From an uncultured Gammaproteobacteria bacterium (GTDB lineage: Bacteria > Pseudomonadota > Gammaproteobacteria > Pseudomonadales > UBA7434): 49,091 nt of DNA. The notes beneath the pieces are model-generated. The model saw nothing but the letters and a program-made list of their open reading frames with translations. It was not told where the DNA came from and searched no databases. Of the stretch, positions 18,058-29,516 are shown piece by piece; positions within the stretch are counted from its first letter, which is position 1; every line of letters starts with the position of its first letter. Both the position numbers and the translations under genes were made by a program. The stretch lies in contig CAXAHI010000003.1 in NCBI GenBank assembly GCA_963968645.1, positions 1-49,091 on the forward strand. The letters run 5' to 3'.

Positions 18058-19317
18058 ATGTCTACTCGATTTTCTAATGAAGCACCCAAGCAAGCCGCAC
18101 TCGACTACCACTCAAACCCTAAGCCGGGAAAAATTGGTATTGAGATAACGACATCAGCAGAAACGCAAGGTGATCTCGCCTTAGCTTATAGTCCTGGTGT
18201 GGCTGAACCTGTTCGAGCGATTGCCGAGAATCCTGAAGCCGCTTATGACTATACAATTAAAGGTAATTTGGTTGCGGTTATTAGTAACGGTACCGCGATA
18301 TTAGGTTTGGGTAATTTAGGCGCGTTGGCGAGTAAGCCCGTGATGGAAGGCAAGGCCTTATTGTTCAAACGATTTGCCAATATCGATTCTATTGATATTG
18401 AAGTTGATAGCGAAGACCCTGATGTATTTGTGGATACTGTAAAAAACATTGCGAAAACTTTTGGCGGTATTAACCTCGAAGATATTAAAGCCCCAGAATG
18501 TTTTGATATTGAATTACGTTTAAAAGCATTATGTGATATTCCTGTTTTTCATGATGATCAACATGGCACAGCGATTGTGACGGCGGCGGGTTTAATTAAT
18601 GCTTTAGAGATTCAAGGTAAAAAGCTTGAGCAGGCAAATATCGTTTGTTTGGGTGCGGGTTCAGCTGCAATAGCTGGCATGCGTTTATTGATAAGCCTAG
18701 GTGCTGCTCGCAATAGAATTACAATGCTAGATCGTCAAGGCGTTATTTATCAAGGTCGAGACAATATCAATGAATACAAGGCAGAGTTCTCTAGAGAGAC
18801 GGCTAGACGCACATTGGATGATGCCTGTGTGGATGCCGATGTTTTTATTGGCTTATCAGGGTCGAATTTATTATCGCCAGAAGCGTTATTAAAAATGGCG
18901 CCTAATCCGGTGATATTTGCTTGTTCAAATCCTGACCCTGAAATTGCACCGGCATTAGCTCATGCAACGCGTGATGATATTATTATGGCAACAGGCCGTT
19001 CAGATTTACCTAATCAGGTGAATAATGTTTTAGGCTTTCCTTATATTTTTCGTGGTGCGCTCGATGTTCGCTCAACGGCTATTAATGAGGAAATGAAAGT
19101 AGCGGCGGTACATGCGTTAAAAGATTTGGCTAGAGAGCCAGTGCCAGAAGCGGTAGTTGCTGCTTGTGGTGTTGATAGTTTAGCGTTTGGAAAAGAATAT
19201 ATTATTCCTAAGCCATTGGATCCGCGTTTATTAATGGCGGTATCTTCAGCGGTGGCAAGAGCGGCAGTTGAGACAGGTGTTGCTCAGCGTCCGTATCCGA
19301 AACATTATCCTGCGTAA
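18058..19317 (+). CDS. NAD(P)-dependent malic enzyme, short form without PTA domain
   Basis: LALAYSPGVAEP, KPVMEGKA.LFK, GGINLEDI, FHDDQHGTA, GAGSA, NQVNNVLGFP.IFRGALD. Confidence 0.95.
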   Translation: MSTRFSNEAPKQAALDYHSNPKPGKIGIEITTSAETQGDLALAYSPGVAEPVRAIAENPEAAYDYTIKGNLVAVISNGTAILGLGNLGALASKPVMEGKALLFKRFANIDSIDIEVDSEDPDVFVDTVKNIAKTFGGINLEDIKAPECFDIELRLKALCDIPVFHDDQHGTAIVTAAGLINALEIQGKKLEQANIVCLGAGSAAIAGMRLLISLGAARNRITMLDRQGVIYQGRDNINEYKAEFSRETARRTLDDACVDADVFIGLSGSNLLSPEALLKMAPNPVIFACSNPDPEIAPALAHATRDDIIMATGRSDLPNQVNNVLGFPYIFRGALDVRSTAINEEMKVAAVHALKDLAREPVPEAVVAACGVDSLAFGKEYIIPKPLDPRLLMAVSSAVARAAVETGVAQRPYPKHYPA

Positions 19318-19376
19318 TTTTTAATAATCGGCTGAGCCATTCTCTAAATAATAATTCAAGCAGCAGTTAGCAAGCG

Positions 19377-22031
19377 TTAGAATAATTCTTCATCCAGTAT
19401 TAGTTGATTAATACTGGAATTATTCGACGAGCGAGGGTTTTGTTCTGGTACATATTCTTCAAGGAATGACTCAAACACATTTTGCGAATCATTAGCTGTC
19501 GATGGCAAGCCTGTAAGACGATTTATTTTTACAGACACCATGCCTGGCGGTTGAGTTCGAGTTGCGGTTGCTACGCCTTTTAAGCTGTCGCGCATAAAAT
19601 CTATCCAAATAGGTAGCGCGGCAGATCCGCCATATTCTCGTTGGCCTAACAATTGATTGTCGTCAAAACCTAGCCAAGTAGTAGCGACTAATTCTGGATG
19701 GTATCCAGAAAACCATGCGTCAGTAGGGCCGTTAGTGGTGCCGGTTTTTCCCGCTAAATCAGATCGGCCTAACACCTTGGCTCTTGTTCCTGTGCCGCGA
19801 CGAATAACATCTTGCAATATGCTATCAATAATATAAACAACGCGAGGGTCAACAATTTGCTTTGCTGCTGTTTCTATTACTGGCTGTTGAATGGCGAGCG
19901 CTTCACTATCAGCTGAGCTGCCATCCATTAAGTTATTTTCTAAGCTGCCATTAACCAGCGAGTTATTCAGTAAGGCCTCTAATGAGTCGGCTTCTTCTAG
20001 CTCGTCATCTATGCCTTCATTTTCTACAGTTGGCTTATTAACTGTGGTGTCTATATTGCAATCTAAGCAAGCGATTTTTATCGGCTTAGAAAATATGATG
20101 TCGCCTTTTCGATCTTCAATCTCAGTCACTAAGTGCGGCTGTATTTGGTAGCCGCCGTTGGCTAAAACCGTATAAGCAGTTGCTACCTGAAGTGGGGTCA
20201 TGGCATAGCTGCCCAATGATAAAGATAAATCCCTAGGCAGTGCTTTGTCGCTAAACTCGAATCGATTTAAATAATCGATTGCATTATTGATGCCTAATTC
20301 GCGAAGTAATCGCACAGATACTAAATTTCTTGATAAATATAAAGCGCGTCTTAATGTTGTGGGGCCATAGAATTTGCCGCCAGAGTTTTCAGGTCGCCAA
20401 TCACTTTCGAGTTTATTATCGGCAAAAACAATAGGTGCATCATTAATAACGCTAGCAGGCGTGAATCCGTTTTCTAATGCTGCTGCATACACGAAAGGTT
20501 TAAAGTTAGAGCCTGTTTGTCGATAGGCTTGTGTCACACGATTAAACTTGCTGTATTGAAAGTTAAAGCCGCCGACTAAAGCATTAATGGCGCCATTACT
20601 TGGATTTAAGGCGACCAACCCGGCGCTGGCCATAGGGATTTGGCTAATAATGGGGGCGCTGTTTTCTTGGTCGATACGCACACGAATAACATCGCCAACG
20701 CTAAGTAATTCACTAATTTTTTCTGGGTTTGATTGACGTTTATTTTCATTAACATAAAGGCGCAGCGGATTTTTTTTACTGTCCCAGATAAATTCAACGG
20801 TGCTGCCATTAGCCAATAGTATTTCTATGCGGTCTTCTTTAGGCTGTGCTTCCTCAGTCGCTTGCTCTTCTTTTAAGTCAGTGTCTATATCGTCTTCTAA
20901 GTTAGCTGTAAATAAATCGATACTTGGGAATTCGGCAATGGGTTTGTTAATGCCGGAAATGACAGCGGGGGCGAGCTGTTGAATTGTTCTCATTTTTTTT
21001 AATGAAGATAACCAGCTTTCTTTATTGGCTATTTCATCGTCGCTGACTTCAAGTTTTTTTTCTGGGCCGCGATATCCATGCCGAGCATCGTAGGCATGTA
21101 AACCTTTGACTACTGCATGTTGTGCGCTTCGTTGTTGTTTGGCATTTATTGTTGTCCGAACAATATAGCCATCGGTATAGGCAGCTCGTCCTAGCTTCTC
21201 TATAGCAATCGCTCTTGCCATTTCAGCCACATAGCCTGCATCTAATGCAAGTTGCTGGCTATGATATTCAGCACTAACAGGCTGGCTAGTCGCGACCAGC
21301 CATTCTTGTTCATCGATATATTCCAACTTAAGCATGCGGCCTAATATCCAATCACGTCGAATCCGTGCGCGCGTAGGATTGCTAATAGGGTTGTTGGTAG
21401 ATGGCCCTTTGGGTAAGCCTGCAATCATGGCCAGTTGAGATAAGTTTAATGTCTCGATGGGTTTTCCGTAGTAGACGCTAGCAGCGGCTTGAATGCCATA
21501 AGCCCGTTTACCGAAATACATTTTATTGACATACAGTTCAAGAATTTCATTTTTGCTGAGTGTTCTTTCTATTTGTAAGGCTAAGAAAATTTCATTGAAT
21601 TTACGTAAAAAGGTTTGCTCACTACTAAGGAAAAAGTTACGTGCAACCTGCATGGTCAACGTGCTGCCGCCACTTTGAATTCTGCCACTCGAAAACAATT
21701 GAGACGTTGCTCTTAATAGGCCGGCAAAATCAACGCCATGATGTTGCAAAAAGCGATCGTCTTCAGCGGACAGCAAAGCATGAATAAAATGGTCCGGAAC
21801 GGCTTCCATTTTTATGGGTGTTCTGAGTTTTTCTCCGAATTCGCCAATTAATTCGCCATTTTGTGAATAGATTCTCAATGGGACTTGTAGTTTTGCCTCG
21901 CGGAGTACGTCCACGGGCGGTAACTTTGGGCTAAGGTATAAAAAGGTTGCACAAATGATGAGCACAGCAGCGAGACCGCCAAGTAAAAGCAATGTAAAAA
22001 TTTTGGTAGGTAAAGAAAGGTGACGATGCAT
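19377..22031 (-). CDS. mrcA: Penicillin-binding protein 1A
   Basis: Transglycosylase EDDRF..H.G, GGSTLTMQ, RK..E; transpeptidase SNFK, SRN, KTG; divergent from pilM. Confidence 0.96.
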   Translation of the reverse strand: MHRHLSLPTKIFTLLLLGGLAAVLIICATFLYLSPKLPPVDVLREAKLQVPLRIYSQNGELIGEFGEKLRTPIKMEAVPDHFIHALLSAEDDRFLQHHGVDFAGLLRATSQLFSSGRIQSGGSTLTMQVARNFFLSSEQTFLRKFNEIFLALQIERTLSKNEILELYVNKMYFGKRAYGIQAAASVYYGKPIETLNLSQLAMIAGLPKGPSTNNPISNPTRARIRRDWILGRMLKLEYIDEQEWLVATSQPVSAEYHSQQLALDAGYVAEMARAIAIEKLGRAAYTDGYIVRTTINAKQQRSAQHAVVKGLHAYDARHGYRGPEKKLEVSDDEIANKESWLSSLKKMRTIQQLAPAVISGINKPIAEFPSIDLFTANLEDDIDTDLKEEQATEEAQPKEDRIEILLANGSTVEFIWDSKKNPLRLYVNENKRQSNPEKISELLSVGDVIRVRIDQENSAPIISQIPMASAGLVALNPSNGAINALVGGFNFQYSKFNRVTQAYRQTGSNFKPFVYAAALENGFTPASVINDAPIVFADNKLESDWRPENSGGKFYGPTTLRRALYLSRNLVSVRLLRELGINNAIDYLNRFEFSDKALPRDLSLSLGSYAMTPLQVATAYTVLANGGYQIQPHLVTEIEDRKGDIIFSKPIKIACLDCNIDTTVNKPTVENEGIDDELEEADSLEALLNNSLVNGSLENNLMDGSSADSEALAIQQPVIETAAKQIVDPRVVYIIDSILQDVIRRGTGTRAKVLGRSDLAGKTGTTNGPTDAWFSGYHPELVATTWLGFDDNQLLGQREYGGSAALPIWIDFMRDSLKGVATATRTQPPGMVSVKINRLTGLPSTANDSQNVFESFLEEYVPEQNPRSSNNSSINQLILDEELF

Positions 22032-22332
22032 TATTTGTCGGTTTCATGTGAGTATTTGGAATCTACTGCGCAAGCATAGCGAAAAAGCGGCAGCGAATGG
22101 TGGTAATTTTCTAATAAGCACAAAATATAGACTACCCTTTGGCCAATACCGTCAGAGAAAGAATACCTATCTTGATACGCTTTATAGGGAGTATTGAGAT
22201 TAGATTGAGACATTGTTGAAAAATTGCTGTCTATGACCAGTTGAGAGTTCTCGACAATCGATACAAACATTTAATCAATGAAAATTAAATAAGCGCCGTT
22301 TTTGGCGGCGTTAAATGAAAAGTGTTAATTAG

Positions 22333-23405
<1,073 letters not shown>

Positions 23406-23406
<1 letters not shown>

Positions 23407-23978
23407 TGGCCAGAATTAATTTACTGCCGTGGCGTGAAGCCAGACGAGAGCAGCTGAAGCAGGAGTTTTTAGGTAACTTAGGCTCAGTGGTTATTGGCGC
23501 CGGTTTAATAATTGGTATTGTGTATTTTGTTATGAATAACGCAATGGAAAGTCAAAGTGCTCGCAATGCTTATATGCAAAAGAATATAGATTCTTTAAAT
23601 GAAGAAGTGCAAGAGATCGACGCGCTTAAATCAAGACGCGAACAATTGATTGACCGCATGAATATTATTCAAGGCTTGCAAGGTAACCGTCCCGTTATAG
23701 TGCGTATCTTTGATCAGTTTGTCAGGACATTACCTGACGGTGTTTATTACCAGCGCTTATTAAGAACCGAGCAGCGCTTAACTATTGACGGAACGGCAGA
23801 GTCAAATAATCGAGTGTCTAATTTAATGCGTAGGCTAGATGGCTCAGATTGGTTTTCCGATCCTAATTTAACGGCAGTAGTGGCTAATCCTGCATTCGGT
23901 GAGCAAGCCAATAGTTTTAGTTTGGCAGTGACATTGTCAACTAGCGCTACACCATCAATTGCTGACGCAGAGGAATAG
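23406..23978 (+). CDS. pilN: Type IV pilus assembly protein PilN
   Basis: MARINLLPWRE motif, TM, coiled coil, AESNNRVS.LMR. Confidence 0.97.
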
Positions 23979-23983
23979 TGCGT

Positions 23984-24625
23984 ATGTCATTAACACAAAC
24001 AATATCACAGAAATTCTCGTCATGGCGCGAAGCGGTTTCTGAGGTTGAGATTGATCAGCTCGATTGGGAAAACCCCGGATCGTGGCCGAGTGTCGTTAAG
24101 GTATTTATTCTTGTAGCTGTTTTTGCGATTTGTTTATTGCTGGGATATAGCTTTTTTACTAAAGCGCAGGTTGAGCAACTTAATACTTCGCAAGCTAAAG
24201 AAGAGTCACTAAAAGTTGAGTTTAAACAAAAAGCTTTTGAGGCCGCTAACCTTGACGCCTTACGTAAACAAATGGAAGAGATGCAGCAAATATTTGGCGC
24301 TCTCGTTAGCCAGTTGCCCTCGGATACTGAGGTGCCTGGATTGCTAGAAGATATTACCGCCACAGGTGTTGATAACGGCTTAGAGTTTCAGAGTATTGAA
24401 TTGCAATCGGAGTTGGCACAAGAGTTTTATATTGAGTTGCCTATTGATATTGATGTGACGGGTTCGTATCACGACTTAGGTGCGTTCGTTAGTGGTATTT
24501 CTGGCTTGCCTAGAATCGTTACCTTGCATAATTTTGAAATCTTACCAATAGAAGAGCGGCCTGGTGTGATGGCAATGAAGATTCTTGCAAAGACTTACCG
24601 ATATAAAGATGAGGGTGAGCAATGA
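23984..24625 (+). CDS. pilO: Type IV pilus assembly protein PilO
   Basis: GSWP..VK, QLPSDTEVPGLLEDI, FYIELPI, LPRIVTLH, AKTYRY. ATG 23984 fits the GAGGA SD better than GTG 23978. Confidence 0.96.
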   Translation: MSLTQTISQKFSSWREAVSEVEIDQLDWENPGSWPSVVKVFILVAVFAICLLLGYSFFTKAQVEQLNTSQAKEESLKVEFKQKAFEAANLDALRKQMEEMQQIFGALVSQLPSDTEVPGLLEDITATGVDNGLEFQSIELQSELAQEFYIELPIDIDVTGSYHDLGAFVSGISGLPRIVTLHNFEILPIEERPGVMAMKILAKTYRYKDEGEQ

Positions 24626-25152
24626 ATATGAATTTACGTCCGTTAGCCTCTTTAGTTGGGGTGCTTTTATTGTCGGGTTGTTCTTCGCCTGAATATACAG
24701 ACCTTGATGATTTTATGGCGCAGGTTCGTACTGAGCCGCAGGGCGTTATTGCGCCTATCCCTATTTTTAAAACCTATCAAGCCTTTCGATACAATGCGGC
24801 GGCTATGCGCTCGCCGTTTGAAGTGCCTGTAAAAATTCGAGAAATCGTTAATTTATCAATGTCGAGTGATGTAAAGCCTAATAAAAAGCGCGCTAAAGAA
24901 TTGTTGGAAACTTTTAATATTGAAGCTATTTCAATGGTTGGAACGCTCGAGCGTCGCGGAATAGTTTGGGCGTTAGTCGATGACGGTAAGGGTTCTATTC
25001 ACCAAGTGCTCGATGGTAATTATCTTGGAAAAAATCATGGTCGTATTGTTGATATTCGACATGACTCAATGGCATTAATAGAAATTATTGCTAATGGCCC
25101 TGACTCCTGGATAGAGCGACCAAGAACATTGAAATTGAAGGAAGATAGCTAA
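24622..25152 (+). CDS. pilP: Type IV pilus lipoprotein PilP
   Basis: Lipobox LLSGC, RSPF, MVGTL, GNYLGKNHG.I, WIERP. Confidence 0.96.
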   Translation: MNMNLRPLASLVGVLLLSGCSSPEYTDLDDFMAQVRTEPQGVIAPIPIFKTYQAFRYNAAAMRSPFEVPVKIREIVNLSMSSDVKPNKKRAKELLETFNIEAISMVGTLERRGIVWALVDDGKGSIHQVLDGNYLGKNHGRIVDIRHDSMALIEIIANGPDSWIERPRTLKLKEDS

Positions 25153-27407
25153 TGCTTTTCAAACATTTAATTATGAAGGCGAGTACGATGATAAACCATT
25201 CTGGATGGGACCTTATGCGAAGCGCGACATTATCTTTAATGCTGATTAGGTTGGTTAAGTTAATTAAATTAACAGCCACCAGTGCTATTGCTTTTTTGTT
25301 TTCGGCGTCGCTATATGCTGCTGATTTACAGGATATAAGCTTTAATTCTGTACCGGGTGGCAAGTTTCAAATTAAGATGGAATTTGATGAAACGCCTCCT
25401 GAGCCCACTGCTTATAATATTGAGAAGCCCGCCCGTATTGCCATTGATTTACCCGGTGTGCAGAGTTCTTTGGCGCAAAAAAAATATACTTTATCTTATG
25501 GTAATGCTCAAAGTGTTGTTGTGTTAGAGACTCAGGATAGAACGCGCGTTGTTATTAATTTAGTTGAGCTCTCACCCTATACAACGACGATTGAAGGTAA
25601 CTCATTATTAATTGAAGTGGGTAATGCTGAGGTCTTAGATCCTTATAAGGATGCTGAGCCTGCTATTGGCCAACAAATACTTGAGAAAAATAATTATGCC
25701 GTTGGTATTACGCATATAGATTTTCAGCGCGGCGAGTCCGGTGAAGGTAATGTGGTCATCGAGTTGTCGGATGATCAAGTCGAGGTTGATGTCCGTCTTG
25801 AAGGTCAAAAAATTCGCATAGAATTATCCGATGCCTCTGTACCTAGTCAGTTACAGCGCCATTATGATGTTACTGATTTTGCAACGCCTGTAAGTGCTTT
25901 TGATGTTGAGCAAGAAGGTTCAGACACAAGCATTATGATTGATCCGCAAGGTGAGTATGATTACCTTGCCTACCAAACAGATAATGTTTATGTGTTAAGT
26001 GTTCGGCCACTCACCTTACAAGAAGTAGAAGAGCAGAAAAGAGCCTTTGCTTATGTTGGTGAAAAATTATCTTTGAATTTCCAAGATATTAAAGTTCGCT
26101 CGGTCTTACAGTTAATTGCTGATTTTACCGAGTTGAATTTAGTTACCAGTGATTCGGTTGATGGCAGTATTACATTACGCTTGCAAGATGTGCCATGGGA
26201 TCAAGCGTTAGAATTGATATTGAAAACGAAAGGGCTTGATAAGCGTCAAGTCGGTAATGTGTTGATGGTTGCTCCTGCTGCAGAAATCGCTGAGAGAGAG
26301 CGTCAAGAAATTGAAACTATAAAACAGCTACAAGAATTGGCACCTTTGCAAACAGAGTTTATTCGTATTCGTTATGCCAGTGCGCGTGAGCTCTTTAAGT
26401 TATTTGATAATAGTGATGCCGAAGAAGGTGAAGAGGGTGGTGCAGGCTCAACGGGTAGCATTTTATCGCCGCGCGGCAGAGTAGTTGTTGATGAGCGAAC
26501 CAACGCGTTGTTGATCACAGATACAGCCGATAAAATTGAAGAGTTCCGACGTTTAATTGCGAATATTGATGTGCCGCTACGACAGGTGTTAGTTGAAGCC
26601 AGAATTGTGGTCGCGACAGATAACTTCGATCAACAGGTCGGTGTTCAGTGGGGTGGTGGTGCAGCCGAACAAGGCAGTGGTGATCGCTTTGGTGTGGCGG
26701 GTAGTCTCGACTCTTTATTAAATGAAGTCGGCGCTGATGATGATGAACTCACTAGTATTTTCGATTTTGTAAATGGTAATGGTTCGATTCAATTTCCTGA
26801 TGCTAACTTTGTTGACTTGGGTATTAGCGATTCGATTGGTCAGCCACAATCTATCGCAGTAGGATTTCTTAGCGACAACTTTGCATTAAATGCAGAGTTA
26901 AGCGCGATTGCCGCTGAAGGTCGAGGTGAGGTTGTTTCTCAGCCACGTGTTATTACTGGTGACAAACAAGAAGCTGAAATTAAGACGGGTGAAGAAATTC
27001 CCTATGTTGAATCGTCAGCAAGTGGTCGTTCAACGATTAAGTTTAGAGAAGCTGTTTTAAGCTTAAAAGTGACCCCGAGTATTACGCCCGATAATCGACT
27101 GATTCTTGATTTAGTTATTACGCAAGATTCACGTAGTGAAGACTTTGTATTTGGTGAGAATAATTCGCAGGTGCCAATTATCCTGAAAAATGAAATCCGT
27201 ACTCAGGCTTTAGTTGATAATGGTAAAACCATTGTGTTGGGTGGCGTGTTCCGCGAAAGTGAGTTGTACCAAGAAACTAAAGTGCCATTATTAGGTGATT
27301 TGCCGATATTGGGCCATTTGTTTAAACGGACAATAGTCGGTAATGAGAAAAATGAATTGCTGATCTTTATTACGCCAAGAATCTTGACGGACCGCGTGCT
27401 GGATTAA
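25152..27407 (+). CDS. pilQ: Type IV pilus secretin PilQ
   Basis: Two AMIN domains, GEKLSLNFQDI.VRSVLQ, VPWDQAL, secretin C-terminus KVPLLGDLP.LG.LF...ELLIFITPRI. Start may be a later ATG. Confidence 0.97.
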   Translation: MLFKHLIMKASTMINHSGWDLMRSATLSLMLIRLVKLIKLTATSAIAFLFSASLYAADLQDISFNSVPGGKFQIKMEFDETPPEPTAYNIEKPARIAIDLPGVQSSLAQKKYTLSYGNAQSVVVLETQDRTRVVINLVELSPYTTTIEGNSLLIEVGNAEVLDPYKDAEPAIGQQILEKNNYAVGITHIDFQRGESGEGNVVIELSDDQVEVDVRLEGQKIRIELSDASVPSQLQRHYDVTDFATPVSAFDVEQEGSDTSIMIDPQGEYDYLAYQTDNVYVLSVRPLTLQEVEEQKRAFAYVGEKLSLNFQDIKVRSVLQLIADFTELNLVTSDSVDGSITLRLQDVPWDQALELILKTKGLDKRQVGNVLMVAPAAEIAERERQEIETIKQLQELAPLQTEFIRIRYASARELFKLFDNSDAEEGEEGGAGSTGSILSPRGRVVVDERTNALLITDTADKIEEFRRLIANIDVPLRQVLVEARIVVATDNFDQQVGVQWGGGAAEQGSGDRFGVAGSLDSLLNEVGADDDELTSIFDFVNGNGSIQFPDANFVDLGISDSIGQPQSIAVGFLSDNFALNAELSAIAAEGRGEVVSQPRVITGDKQEAEIKTGEEIPYVESSASGRSTIKFREAVLSLKVTPSITPDNRLILDLVITQDSRSEDFVFGENNSQVPIILKNEIRTQALVDNGKTIVLGGVFRESELYQETKVPLLGDLPILGHLFKRTIVGNEKNELLIFITPRILTDRVLD

Positions 27408-27503
27408 TTACCTCGGTTAGGTGTGATCTTTAGTACCGTTATTTTCATTGCTGTGATATAAATGAATGAGTTTAATCTCATCCACTATTAATAATGAATT
27501 AGT

Positions 27504-28034
27504 ATGAAATCGCTTAAAAAAGTTTTTTTAATTGGCCCTATGGGGGCTGGAAAAACAACTATCGGTCGCCATTTGGCGACCGAGTTGTCTCTGCCTTTTA
27601 TTGACACGGATCATGAAATTGAAGAGCGATGCGGGGCAGATATTCCTTGGATTTTTGATGTAGAAGGCGAAGAAGGCTTTCGCCTTAGAGAGCATAAGGT
27701 GCTGCATGATATTTGTGAGTCGGCACCTGCAGTGATTGCGACAGGTGGCGGTATCATTATGCGCGGAGATAATCGCGCACTCCTGAGAGAGCATGGTGTG
27801 GCCGTTTACTTACATGCAACGGTTAACCAGCAGTTATCTCGAACGGGTAAAGATCGATCTCGTCCATTGTTAAATAAGGGCGACCCTAAGACTATATTAA
27901 CTGATTTGATGACAATGAGAGATCCCTTGTATAGAGAGGTTGCGAAGGTCGTTTTTCCTACTGATAATAAAAACCCTCGCGCTACAGCCGCCGATATTGC
28001 TAAGGCAGTAATGAGTGTTGTTGAAGCCGAATAA
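27504..28034 (+). CDS. aroK: Shikimate kinase
   Basis: GPMGAGKTTIG, IFDVEGEEGFR, ATGGG, RPLL, R.PLY. Confidence 0.97.
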   Translation: MKSLKKVFLIGPMGAGKTTIGRHLATELSLPFIDTDHEIEERCGADIPWIFDVEGEEGFRLREHKVLHDICESAPAVIATGGGIIMRGDNRALLREHGVAVYLHATVNQQLSRTGKDRSRPLLNKGDPKTILTDLMTMRDPLYREVAKVVFPTDNKNPRATAADIAKAVMSVVEAE

Positions 28035-28386
28035 TTAAAATCGTTAGTTCCTCTCCTTAATTGCATACCTCTTTTATCTGTCAATTGAATGGCTTACGGC
28101 CACTAATTGAGTGATATTTGAGCGCCTACAGCCGTATTAATTCGCGCATATCATGAATTGGTCTACGGCTAATTTGTGTTAAAATCTTACCCATATATGA
28201 GGCCCACCTCATGACTAGAATCTCTTTTAGGTTCAGGCTACAGGGGTCTTGATCGAGCTATATGAGTTAAGTGCTTTCTATAGAGTAATACTTAAGCCAT
28301 TAAGCTCACTTAAACCAATGATAAAACCCCCTTAAACGCTCTTAAGTAGTTTAAACGACAGACACTCAACGACAGACGCGCAATTT

Positions 28387-29508
28387 ATGACATCAGATAC
28401 CATTCATCTTACCGTTGATTTAGGCGATCGCAGCTACCCCATTATTATAGGCTCAGGGCTTTTATCTGATGCGGCTTTGTTACAGCAGCATATCGGCGAT
28501 GGCCAAGTACTTGTGGTTTCTAATGAGACGATTGCGCCGCTTTATTTAGATGCGCTGTTAAAGAATACTGGAGCCAAAGATACTATTACGCTGCCTGATG
28601 GTGAACAGTATAAGCAGATGGCTACCATTGAGACGATTTTTGATAGCTTGCTAGAAAAGCGCCATAACCGATCGACAACCTTGGTTGCCTTAGGCGGCGG
28701 TGTTGTTGGTGATATGACAGGTTTTGCAGCCGCAAGTTATCAGCGTGGTGTTAAATTTGTCCAAATTCCCACTACATTGTTAGCACAGGTTGATTCTTCG
28801 GTTGGCGGTAAAACAGGGATTAATCATCCACGCGGCAAAAATATGATTGGTGCATTCCATCAGCCAGTAGCCGTGATAATTGATACGCAAACCTTGTCGA
28901 CCTTGCCGCCTCGTGAATTTCAAGCGGGTTTGGCAGAGGTCATTAAATACGGCTTAATTTGCGATGCTGAATTTTTCGTTTGGCTAGAAGAGAATATCGA
29001 CAAATTAATGAGTCGTGATGGTGACGCGCTACGCTATGCGATTGCACGTTCATGTGAAAATAAGGCCAAAGTAGTTGCCGCTGATGAGCGGGAAGGTGGT
29101 ATTCGCGCCATTCTTAATCTTGGTCATACCTTTGGCCATGCAATAGAGACGGCCACCCAGTATAAAGTTTGGCTGCATGGTGAAGCCGTCGGTTTTGGTA
29201 TGTTAATGGCGCTTGATTTATCTCATCGATTAGGGCTCTTGCCTATTTCGGATGTGCAGCGCGGAGAGAAGTTGATTCAAGCGGCAGGTTTACCCATTAC
29301 GCCACCAGCCGGCTTACCCGATGTCGACGGTATTATTGAGTTGATGGGAATGGACAAGAAGGTACTCAATGGCCAATTGCGTTTAGTGTTGCTGCGCGCC
29401 ATAGGTGATGCGTTTATCGCCGATGATGTTGATATTGAAATGCTTAAGCTAACACTGGCTGATTATTTAGGGCGCTCGTTAAGCTCCGTGTTAAAACCTA
29501 CTGCGTAA
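28387..29508 (+). CDS. aroB: 3-dehydroquinate synthase
   Basis: [43 protein letters not shown]. Confidence 0.98.
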   Translation: MTSDTIHLTVDLGDRSYPIIIGSGLLSDAALLQQHIGDGQVLVVSNETIAPLYLDALLKNTGAKDTITLPDGEQYKQMATIETIFDSLLEKRHNRSTTLVALGGGVVGDMTGFAAASYQRGVKFVQIPTTLLAQVDSSVGGKTGINHPRGKNMIGAFHQPVAVIIDTQTLSTLPPREFQAGLAEVIKYGLICDAEFFVWLEENIDKLMSRDGDALRYAIARSCENKAKVVAADEREGGIRAILNLGHTFGHAIETATQYKVWLHGEAVGFGMLMALDLSHRLGLLPISDVQRGEKLIQAAGLPITPPAGLPDVDGIIELMGMDKKVLNGQLRLVLLRAIGDAFIADDVDIEMLKLTLADYLGRSLSSVLKPTA

Positions 29509-29516
29509 CGTTGACT

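Noticed and set aside
22031-22270. 79-aa ORF abutting the mrcA start
   Set aside because: No motif; occupies the divergent mrcA/pilM promoter region; likely spurious.
27806-28084. Antisense ORFs over aroK and similar short shadow ORFs in argS, priA, mrcA, pil, gltBD, cysE and the kinase
   Set aside because: All overlap well-supported genes and show no independent protein features.
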